DNA of 37,388 nucleotides from an uncultured Gammaproteobacteria bacterium (lineage in GTDB: Bacteria > Patescibacteriota > Patescibacteriia > UBA9934 > CAZDDW01). The translations under genes and the position numbers were made by a program. The notes beneath the pieces were generated by a model. That model made no database searches and was not told the DNA's origin. It worked only from the letters and a program-made list of their open reading frames with translations. The stretch spans positions 1 to 37,388 of the forward strand of contig CAYZPO010000002.1 of assembly GCA_964480695.1 (NCBI GenBank). The letters are read 5' to 3'. Positions 17,124 to 23,032 of the stretch are shown here, in pieces (within the stretch, counting starts at the first letter, position 1; each line of letters begins with the position of its first letter).

Positions 17124-18467
17124 ATGCCAAAGATCAAACACAAAAACCATGAAGCTAAAGCATGGAACGTGACTGTGAACATGGGTTACGGGCACATGCG
17201 CGCCTCATATCCGCTGTTGGACATGTCCAATGGTGACGGATATTTGATTGCTAATGATTATCCAGGGATTCCTAAAGAAGATCGTCGCATCTGGAAGAAT
17301 TCGCGGAAAGCGTATGAGGCTTTGTCACGAATGAAACAGATTCCTGTGATCGGAGATGAGATTTTCGAACTTTTAGATCGTTGGCAAGAGATCCCATCAT
17401 TTTATCCTAAGCGTGATCTTTCAGCTTCGAACATTCAGGTTCGACAGACTTACAAACTTTTCAAAAAAGGATTTTGTAAGCATCTGGTCCGAATGTTGGA
17501 GGAAGAAAATTTGCCCATGGTTAACACCTTTTTTATCCCGGCCTTAGCTGCTGATTTTTTTGGTTATAAGAATGACATTTATGCCATCATCACAGACACG
17601 GATTTTTCTCGCAGCTGGGTTGCTCTAGAACCAAAGAAATCCAAGGTTAAGTATTTTGCTCCGTCTCGACGCGCTTACGAGCGTTTGAAATTGTACGGAG
17701 TTCCTGAGCGCAATATTTACATGACCGGATTTCCGCTACCACAAGAAAACGTGGGTCTAGAATATGAAAATATTAAACCAGCCCTAGGAGCGCGTTTAAT
17801 CAATCTCGACACTGAAGGTAATTATATGCGTCACCATGAAGAATCAGTTTGTGATCTGCTTGGTGGCTGTTTGCTAAAAAAATCAACGCATCCGTTTACG
17901 ATTATGTTTGCTGTGGGTGGAGCTGGAGCGCAACGTGAAATGGTTGGACAAATGTTAGGAGCGTTAAAAGTTCGTCTTCGACGCGGGCAAATGAAATTGA
18001 TCTTGGTTGCTGGGTCGCGCAAGGACGTGCTAACCCATTTTGAAAAAACGATCAAGCGTAACGGTTTGGATCGTCAAGTAGGGAAGTCGATTGAAATAAT
18101 TTACGCTGAAGACCGCAATGATTATTTCCGAGATTTCAATGTTGCTTTGAAGAAAACCGACGTGCTTTGGACTAAACCAAGTGAACTGTCCTTCTACGCT
18201 GGTCTAGGTGTGCCGATCATTATGGCTCCGCCGATCGGGTCGCAGGAAGAGTTTAATCAGAACTGGTTGCGTAACGTGGGGGCCGGTATTCCACAGCGTG
18301 ATCCGCGTTATTGTGATCAGTGGCTGGACGATTTGCTGCGTAGTGGATGGTTGGCTCGTGCAGCAGTTAATGGATTTACTAACGCGCCTAAACGCGGTGC
18401 CTACCGCATTAAAGAAATCGTGGCTCATCGTAAGCAGGTTATGCCTGAACCGGTTGAACCGGTCTAG
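17124..18467 (+). CDS. GT-B glycosyltransferase of the UgtP/MGDG-synthase (GT28) family; putative glycolipid synthase
   Basis: N-terminal GYGHMRA motif (cf. G-x-GH of UgtP). YMTGFPLPQEN matches ITGIPIRPQF, and TDVLWTKPSELSFYAGLGVPIIMAPPIGSQEEFNQNWL matches the UgtP C-terminal TKPGG...GVP...PGQE.eN block as I remember it. Confidence 0.7.
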   Translation: MPKIKHKNHEAKAWNVTVNMGYGHMRASYPLLDMSNGDGYLIANDYPGIPKEDRRIWKNSRKAYEALSRMKQIPVIGDEIFELLDRWQEIPSFYPKRDLSASNIQVRQTYKLFKKGFCKHLVRMLEEENLPMVNTFFIPALAADFFGYKNDIYAIITDTDFSRSWVALEPKKSKVKYFAPSRRAYERLKLYGVPERNIYMTGFPLPQENVGLEYENIKPALGARLINLDTEGNYMRHHEESVCDLLGGCLLKKSTHPFTIMFAVGGAGAQREMVGQMLGALKVRLRRGQMKLILVAGSRKDVLTHFEKTIKRNGLDRQVGKSIEIIYAEDRNDYFRDFNVALKKTDVLWTKPSELSFYAGLGVPIIMAPPIGSQEEFNQNWLRNVGAGIPQRDPRYCDQWLDDLLRSGWLARAAVNGFTNAPKRGAYRIKEIVAHRKQVMPEPVEPV

Positions 18468-18485
18468 CCTTGCTTGACAGAAGGA

Positions 18486-18514
18486 GTGACAGCCTTTAGG
18501 CTGTTACCTAGATA
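18486..18514 (+). promoter_or_regulatory. Possible sigma70-type promoter (GTGACA-17-TAGATA) ahead of the riboflavin genes
   Basis: Hexamers read at 18486-18491 and 18509-18514. A second TTGACA sits at 18474-18479. A palindrome ACAAGCTaaAGCTTGT lies in the short leader. Confidence 0.3.
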
Positions 18515-18539
18515 ACAAGCTAAAGCTTGTCATTCCGAT

Positions 18540-18887
18540 ATGATAGTTAAAGGTACAGTAATTAAGGGAGCCGGTAGGAGCCGGCTCTTTGGATATCCTA
18601 CAGCTAATGTGGGATATAAACAGGAGCCAGATTTGGCATCCGGAGTTTATGTTGGACAAGCGACTGTGGACGATCAGACCTATCCATGCGTGATCTGTTT
18701 TACAGACACCAAACTGTTTGAGGTCCACTTGTTCGGCCATGATCAGGATTTGTATGACCAAGAGCTTCAGGTCGAAGTTGGACAAAAGGTGAGTGATTTG
18801 AAAAAGTGTGATAGTCTTGAGGAGCTGAAAGAAAAGATCGAGCAGGACATTGCTCAAGCCAAAAAAATCCTATGTTTACCGGAATAA
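18540..18887 (+). CDS. Monofunctional riboflavin kinase (RFK domain only)
   Basis: GTVIKGAGRSRLFGYPTANV...SGVYVGQATVD...FEVHLFGHDQDLYDQELQVEV matches the C-terminal kinase domain of RibF. No FAD-synthetase domain is present upstream. Confidence 0.8.
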   Translation: MIVKGTVIKGAGRSRLFGYPTANVGYKQEPDLASGVYVGQATVDDQTYPCVICFTDTKLFEVHLFGHDQDLYDQELQVEVGQKVSDLKKCDSLEELKEKIEQDIAQAKKILCLPE

Positions 18888-19447
18888 TTAAATATTTTGG
18901 CCAGGCCTCAGTTCAGGAGAGCCAGATCAAGATCAAGTGTCCTAAGATCGTATCTAAGATTGAGATCGGGAGTTCAGTTTGTGTCAGCGGGGTTTGTTTA
19001 ACTGCAACGCAGATTGATCGTGATGGTTTTGTGGCCGAAGTTATGCCACAGACGCTGAGACTGACTACATTTGATGATCTTGAACCAAGCACTCGAGTTA
19101 ATCTCGAGCCCTCGCTGCGACTCGGAGATGAGATCGGCGGACATTTTATTTATGGACATGTTGATGGGGTAGGCGAGGTCGTCCGAGTTTACTCTGAAGG
19201 CGACGCTCGTATCCTGTCGATTCAAGTGCCTGAGTCCTTGTCAAAATATTTAGTTCCGCAAGGATCGATTGCGATCGATGGAGTTAGTTTGACCATGGCT
19301 AACGTGTCAGACAATACCCTTGAGGTATCTTTGATTCAAGAGACATTAGAGCGGACCACCTTGTCGGATTTGAAAGCAGGTGATAGGGTGAATCTGGAAG
19401 CAGACATGATGATCAAATATTTTTCAAAAATGCATGAACAAAAATAG
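18872..19447 (+). CDS. ribE: Riboflavin synthase
   Basis: Canonical MFTGII start, duplicated lumazine-binding halves (GSSVCVSGVCLT / GSIAIDGVSLT), and the expected ~190 aa length. Confidence 0.9.
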   Translation: MFTGIIKYFGQASVQESQIKIKCPKIVSKIEIGSSVCVSGVCLTATQIDRDGFVAEVMPQTLRLTTFDDLEPSTRVNLEPSLRLGDEIGGHFIYGHVDGVGEVVRVYSEGDARILSIQVPESLSKYLVPQGSIAIDGVSLTMANVSDNTLEVSLIQETLERTTLSDLKAGDRVNLEADMMIKYFSKMHEQK

Positions 19448-19886
19448 GTATCAACAATTTTCTGGAGCAGGCCGGAAGTTCGCTATTGTGCGAGCGCGTT
19501 TTAATGAAGAAATAACAGGCGGCCTTCTCGAAGGTTGTCGAGCAACTTTGCTCAAAGCCAGTGTGTCTGAGAACGATATCACAGCGGTCGAAGTACCAGG
19601 CTCGTTTGAGATTTGCTACACAGTAGAGAAACTAGCTCAGAGCAAGAAGTTCGATGCAATAATTTGTCTTGGGGCGATTATCAAGGGCGAGACAACTCAT
19701 GATGAGCATTTAGCAGCTGCTGTTTACGAGGCAATGCAGTCCGTGACTCGTAAGTATTTGATTCCAGTTTCAGCTGGAGTGATTACAACAAAAAATCTCG
19801 AACAGGCACAACGCCGTTCGAGCGGGGAACTGAATCGGGGAATAGAAGCCGCCAAGGTGGCTCTTGAGATGGTGAATCTAGACTAG
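19434..19886 (+). CDS. ribH: 6,7-dimethyl-8-ribityllumazine synthase
   Basis: FAIVRARFNEEITGGLLEGC...VEVPGSFEI...DAIICLGAIIKGETTHDE...GVITT is the classic RibH pattern. The start overlaps the end of ribE by 14 nt. Confidence 0.9.
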   Translation: MNKNRYQQFSGAGRKFAIVRARFNEEITGGLLEGCRATLLKASVSENDITAVEVPGSFEICYTVEKLAQSKKFDAIICLGAIIKGETTHDEHLAAAVYEAMQSVTRKYLIPVSAGVITTKNLEQAQRRSSGELNRGIEAAKVALEMVNLD

Positions 19887-20888
19887 CGATTCCAAATACT
19901 CGATAATGTGAGAAGCGACATCAATTTTGGTCGCTTTTTCTAATTCTTCAAATCCTGGGTTGGAGTTCACCTCAAGCACGAGCGGTCCACGATCTGAACG
20001 AATGATATCAACTCCGGCAACGTCCAAGTCGAACGCCTGGGCTGCCTTCAGAGAGATCGCACGCTCTTCATCTGTTAACTCAACCGGTCGTCCTGAACCG
20101 TTCAGGTGTGCGTTAGCGCGAAAGTCTGTTTCAGAGGCTACACGCTCCATGGCTGCTACAATTTTGTCTCCGACGACAAAAATGCGTAAATCAGACCGGA
20201 TCAAAGATCCGTTAGAATATTTTTCTAAGCCATCTCTGATGGCGTTTGGTTTAATAAACTCTTGTAAGATAACCGGATTACGATCACGCACGTTCAGATA
20301 ATCAACGATCGGTTGCATGGTCTCCTGATCCTTAGCTAGAAATACTCCACGACCGTGCGTACCAAAAGCGATTTTGATAATTACTGGATACCCGAGTTGC
20401 TCAGCCGCAGCTCGAGCGTTCTTGGGATGTCGAACAATGATCGAGCGAGGCTGAGGAATCTGCTTCTGATCTAACAACATGGTCATGGCTAGTTTGTTCT
20501 TTGAGACCGAGAACGTGGGCATGCCATTAACAACACAATAGCCAGCGTTTTTTAATATCTCCGCCGTCACCGTGTGTAAACTCGGTTCACCGGTAATCGC
20601 TGCCCGTGCCAGAATCAGATCAAACTCACCCAGTGTTTCGCCATCATACTGGATACTCCCTCTCTTTTTCCCGCCGCTGGCGGGACCCCGCCCTGTTTTG
20701 TCTGGCGGGGCGAAGGAGGGGGTTGGGGGGAGGTTCTGGGTAAAATCAAAAGTAAACAAAGGCTCATACAACATCTGCACGGCGTGTCCTTTTTTTTGAG
20801 CGGCTTCAAAAATCCGCCGCGATCCATAAGACGTAGGAAATCCATGTTCAGGAATTTTTCTGGTAAAAACGAGAATACCAATTTTCAT
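19878..20888 (-). CDS. rimK: RimK-type ATP-grasp ligase carrying an in-frame ~25-aa insertion
   Basis: MKIGIL..., DLRIFVVGDKIVAAMER...DFRANAHLNGSG...LDVAGVDIIRSDRGPLVLEVNSNPGFE follows E. coli RimK closely. The 3' end overlaps ribH by 9 nt (convergent). Confidence 0.8.
   Translation of the reverse strand: MKIGILVFTRKIPEHGFPTSYGSRRIFEAAQKKGHAVQMLYEPLFTFDFTQNLPPTPSFAPPDKTGRGPASGGKKRGSIQYDGETLGEFDLILARAAITGEPSLHTVTAEILKNAGYCVVNGMPTFSVSKNKLAMTMLLDQKQIPQPRSIIVRHPKNARAAAEQLGYPVIIKIAFGTHGRGVFLAKDQETMQPIVDYLNVRDRNPVILQEFIKPNAIRDGLEKYSNGSLIRSDLRIFVVGDKIVAAMERVASETDFRANAHLNGSGRPVELTDEERAISLKAAQAFDLDVAGVDIIRSDRGPLVLEVNSNPGFEELEKATKIDVASHIIEYLESLV
20658..20740. other. GC-rich palindromic, G-tract insertion inside rimK (encodes NLPPTPSFAPPDKTGRGPASGGKKRG)
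   Basis: Hairpins CCCGCC-gct-GGCGGG (20670-20684) and CCCCGCC-N11-GGCGGGG (20686-20710). Plus-strand G4-type motif GGGG-N7-GGGGG-N2-GGGGGG-N7-GGG (20707-20740). Confidence 0.7.
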
Positions 20889-20897
20889 ACGCTTTCT

Positions 20898-20926
20898 ATC
20901 CTACGTTAAAGCCAAATGATTGACAA
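20898..20926 (-). promoter_or_regulatory. Predicted rimK promoter (TTGTCA-17-TAGGAT); the -10 ends 9 nt before the ATG
   Basis: Read on the minus strand. The -35 overlaps the -35 of the divergent plus-strand promoter. There is no SD before the rimK ATG. Confidence 0.4.
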
Positions 20927-20948
20927 GTAGCCTGGAGCGTGGTTAAAT
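20920..20948 (+). promoter_or_regulatory. Predicted promoter TTGACA-17-(TGg)TTAAAT for the small-peptide/lipoprotein operon
   Basis: Perfect -35 at 20920-20925, a 17-nt spacer, and an extended -10 (TG at 20940-20941, TTAAAT at 20943-20948). Confidence 0.5.
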
Positions 20949-20979
20949 TTTCTCGAATCTGTTCAAAGGGGATGATTCG

Positions 20980-21096
20980 ATGAAAAAAAGAGGACCTTTC
21001 TTCTGTATCCTGGTCTCCGTGGCGATCGTGCTTGCTGTGACTGGTCTGATCCTGAGCATCTTCGGTCCCATGGCTGCCCTGTCCATCGTCAAGTAG
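20980..21096 (+). CDS. Small (38 aa) single-pass membrane peptide
   Basis: ATG at 20980 preceded by aaGGGGAtgattcg. Translation is MKKRGPFFCILVSVAIVLAVTGLILSIFGPMAALSIVK. The stop is 11 nt before the lipoprotein ATG. It is below the ORF-track size cut-off. Confidence 0.45.
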   Translation: MKKRGPFFCILVSVAIVLAVTGLILSIFGPMAALSIVK

Positions 21097-21107
21097 GAGG
21101 AAAGAAC

Positions 21108-21710
21108 ATGAAGAACGCTATCGGGATGATCGCCGGGGGCCTGCTCGGTCTGGCCTTCCTGGCCTCGTCGTGTGCTGGTGGTGACCAGATCGCAGACGAG
21201 GAGACGTCGGTCAATCCGGAGTCGATCAAGGGTGATCAACTCATCATCGAGACCAATGAAGGTGAGAAGATCGAGGTCGACCGGATCATGCAGGTGGTTT
21301 TCCCCATGAACTTTCTGGACCCAGGACAGAACAAGCTTCTGGTTTTCCAGGATCTGGGAATCGAGCATCCGGATCCAGAGAAGCAGATCGTGCCGTGTCC
21401 CGAAACCGAGGGTCGGGTGGAAGTCCAGTTTCTGGAGCCGAGTCAATCGTCTCCGGTCCAGTTCTATCACCTCCCAGGTCAGCGACCCGGTCTGGTGGTC
21501 AGCTACAAATACTGGTCCATTGACAACACCTTCTATCTTCCGGAAGGTTCGTACCTCGAGGACCTTACGGTCGATGAGACCCAGGTCAAGATCGTCTACC
21601 AGTACCAGGCAACTGAAGAGACTGATGAGGTCGCCAAACCCTTCGATGGCCTTGCACCACCGTTCTACGAGACCGAAGACAGTGCTGGCAAGCAGGTCGT
21701 CGTGGACTGA
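21108..21710 (+). CDS. Putative secreted lipoprotein of unknown function
   Basis: Strong SD AGGAGG 7-8 nt upstream. Signal peptide MKNAIGMIAGGLLGLAFLASSC has a lipobox-like LASSC. A terminator hairpin follows downstream. Confidence 0.65.
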   Translation: MKNAIGMIAGGLLGLAFLASSCAGGDQIADEETSVNPESIKGDQLIIETNEGEKIEVDRIMQVVFPMNFLDPGQNKLLVFQDLGIEHPDPEKQIVPCPETEGRVEVQFLEPSQSSPVQFYHLPGQRPGLVVSYKYWSIDNTFYLPEGSYLEDLTVDETQVKIVYQYQATEETDEVAKPFDGLAPPFYETEDSAGKQVVVD

Positions 21711-21752
21711 GTTCCTTCCTTCGGGCAAGTCCGCCCAACTCCCTCAAACGCA

Positions 21753-21791
21753 ACGCCCTAGTGGTCCGACCCACCAGGGCGTTTGTAGTTT
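21753..21791 (+). terminator. Rho-independent terminator after the lipoprotein gene
   Basis: ACGCCCTAGTGG-tccgac-CCACCAGGGCGT (11 of 12 positions paired) followed by TTGTAGTTT. Confidence 0.6.
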
Positions 21792-21909
21792 AAGAGGGGA
21801 GGAGAAGGGCTAGATGAGCTAGAAGAGAAAGAAGGGAAGAGGGGATTTCAGAGATGATAACAATGGATAACCGGCCGGTGAGCTACTGTCGAAACTTACG
21901 CTCGGGTGT

Positions 21910-21952
21910 ACACAAAGAACATCCGGTCGGCTATTCTTTGTGTGCGTGTTTT
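21910..21952 (+). terminator. Second plus-strand terminator-like hairpin
   Basis: Perfect 10-bp stem ACACAAAGAA/TTCTTTGTGT with a 14-nt loop, then GCGTGTTTT. It lies back to back with the minus-strand terminator at 21961-21994. Confidence 0.4.
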
Positions 21953-21960
21953 GGTCTAAT

Positions 21961-21994
21961 AAAAAAGTGAACGACGCTGTCGAAGACAGCGTCG
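21961..21994 (-). terminator. Minus-strand rho-independent terminator
   Basis: On the minus strand: CGACGCUGUC-uuc-GACAGCGUCG (perfect 10-bp stem) followed by UUCACUUUUUUAUU. Confidence 0.6.
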
Positions 21995-22508
21995 GAGTTG
22001 AAGGGGTAGGGCCGGCCCCTGTAGTGCATCAGAAGGGGCTTCCCCCCCGACCGCTTTGATCCCAAAGGATCTTGCTTTCGCTTCAGCGGCCGGCCCATAA
22101 GTTAATTTAACTATAGCACACCTTGTTTAAGTTGTTAATTTCAATACCCGGACACGTGAAGTCCGGGCATTCGACGCGAGTAGGTTAGATTAGACCTTGC
22201 TCTGCAAGCGGTTTCCGTTAGGATTAACCAAGTAGCTCTGATATGGGCTAATGCGATGAGTCTATTCGCTCACCGATCATTGCTACTAACCGCTCTTATA
22301 CCACTTCAGTTCCGATTTTGGGTTAGGACCCTCACGGCGTTACCACCCACTGAAGAAGGGCTCCGGCTACACAGATCGTTGTCCAGGAGTTTGGCGACAA
22401 CTTAAATCTGCGTAGGTGACGGACACTCATGTGCTTCCTTCAAGTATTTTGGTCACACATGGGGTCTACTTGCGGAAAAACGCAAGCGCTCTGGGTAACA
22501 TGACTTGG
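21961..22508 (-). ncRNA. Candidate ~550-nt structured non-coding RNA of unassigned class
   Basis: No ORF of 60 aa or more in any frame across 21813-22700. Bounded by a minus-strand promoter (22515-22543) and terminator (21961-21994). Many nested helices are readable, for example CUUCAGU/ACUGAAG (22355-22349 / 22310-22304) enclosing a GGUG-GUAA-CGCC GNRA hairpin, AGCGGUU/AACCGCU, and the long-range GGGCCGGCC/GGCCGGCCC helix (22096-22088 / 22017-22009). Confidence 0.45.
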
Positions 22509-22514
22509 CAGCAT

Positions 22515-22543
22515 AAGATAACACAGATTTAAGGATCTGTCAA
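22515..22543 (-). promoter_or_regulatory. Predicted minus-strand promoter TTGACA-17-TATCTT driving the candidate RNA
   Basis: -35 at 22543-22538 and -10 at 22520-22515, with an exact 17-nt spacer. Confidence 0.5.
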
Positions 22544-22562
22544 CCCAATAGCTATTGGGTTG
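22541..22562. promoter_or_regulatory. 22-bp perfect palindrome (CAACCCAATAG|CTATTGGGTTG); candidate operator between divergent promoters
   Basis: Perfect dyad symmetry. It overlaps the -35 of the minus-strand promoter and ends 16 nt upstream of the plus-strand -35. Confidence 0.5.
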
Positions 22563-22578
22563 ATCCCATCAGACAGGA

Positions 22579-22607
22579 TTGACATAGGCGGGGTTTTGTG
22601 GTAGTCT
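22579..22607 (+). promoter_or_regulatory. Predicted promoter TTGACA-17-(TGg)TAGTCT for the 69-aa gene
   Basis: Perfect -35 at 22579-22584, a 17-nt spacer, and TG at 22599-22600 preceding TAGTCT at 22602-22607. Confidence 0.45.
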
Positions 22608-22700
22608 GGTTCCTCGCCGTGGAATTCGTACTCTAGGCAGTCAAGCCAAAGGAAGGAGTTCGGATAATCTGGACTCACAACACCCGACTCGGGAGTTAAC

Positions 22701-22910
22701 ATGAGTACGAACGGTGATAGCGATAGTCCTTCCGCAACTACTTCAACCTTGGGTCACGTTTCCACGTGGGATACTCCTTGGACTGAAGAACATTGGAGAG
22801 CCCTTGAGGAAGACATCGAGTCTATGCGTGAGCGTCTCGAAGAGGCGGATCGTATTTTCTTCGGTGATTGTCTCGAGGATGCTTTCGGGATCAAACCCGA
22901 AGAGTCCTGA
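22701..22910 (+). CDS. Small acidic protein (69 aa) of unknown function
   Basis: ATG preceded by GGGAG 6 nt upstream. Predicted helical acidic C-terminal half (EEHWRALEEDIESMRERLEEADRIFF). A terminator-like hairpin follows. Confidence 0.5.
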   Translation: MSTNGDSDSPSATTSTLGHVSTWDTPWTEEHWRALEEDIESMRERLEEADRIFFGDCLEDAFGIKPEES

Positions 22911-22921
22911 CCCATTTTCCA

Positions 22922-22963
22922 AACCGCGCCCGGCGAGCCTGCCTGGCGCGGTTGCCCCTTTTT
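22922..22963 (+). terminator. Terminator-like hairpin after the 69-aa gene
   Basis: AACCGCGCC-N14-GGCGCGGTT followed by GCCCCTTTTT. Confidence 0.5.
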
Positions 22964-22992
22964 ATAAGACACACTAAAGTGTGTCATTCCCA

Positions 22993-23021
22993 TTTACAAA
23001 TCAGGTCAAATAAGGTATCTT
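22993..23021 (+). promoter_or_regulatory. Predicted promoter TTTACA-17-TATCTT; the -10 ends 11 nt before the ATG
   Basis: Hexamers at 22993-22998 and 23016-23021. There is no SD before the ATG at 23033. Confidence 0.4.
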
Positions 23022-23032
23022 AGTTTGTACTT

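Noticed and set aside
18468-18539. An FMN (RFN) riboswitch upstream of the riboflavin genes.
   Set aside because: The spacer is only 72 nt and lacks the conserved RFN core. It is too short for the ~140-nt element.
20943-21728. A 261-aa minus-strand ORF overlapping the lipoprotein gene.
   Set aside because: It has no SD, signal or recognisable motif. The plus-strand ORF has AGGAGG at the right distance, a signal peptide and lipobox, an upstream promoter and a downstream terminator. High GC inflates antisense ORF length.
21961-22508. RNase P RNA, tmRNA or SRP RNA identity for the ORF-free region.
   Set aside because: I saw short resemblances. On the minus strand these were GGUAACGCC, UAAGAGCG, GAGCAAGGUCUAAU, ACAGGGGCCGGCC and GAAGGAAGCA. 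On the plus strand it was GAAGUCCGGGC. They lie on opposite strands. They lack the universal GGAAAGUCC/J3-4 adenines, a tRNA-like 3' end with a tag ORF, and the SRP GGAA tetraloop context. They are no better than expected by chance when scanning 1 kb against remembered sequences. Only a covariance-model search can settle this.
20940-22990. A retron, diversity-generating retroelement or prophage remnant as the explanation for island 1.
   Set aside because: No reverse transcriptase, template/variable repeat pair, integrase, or capsid/terminase-like ORF is visible anywhere in the window. Only the compositional and regulatory oddities remain.
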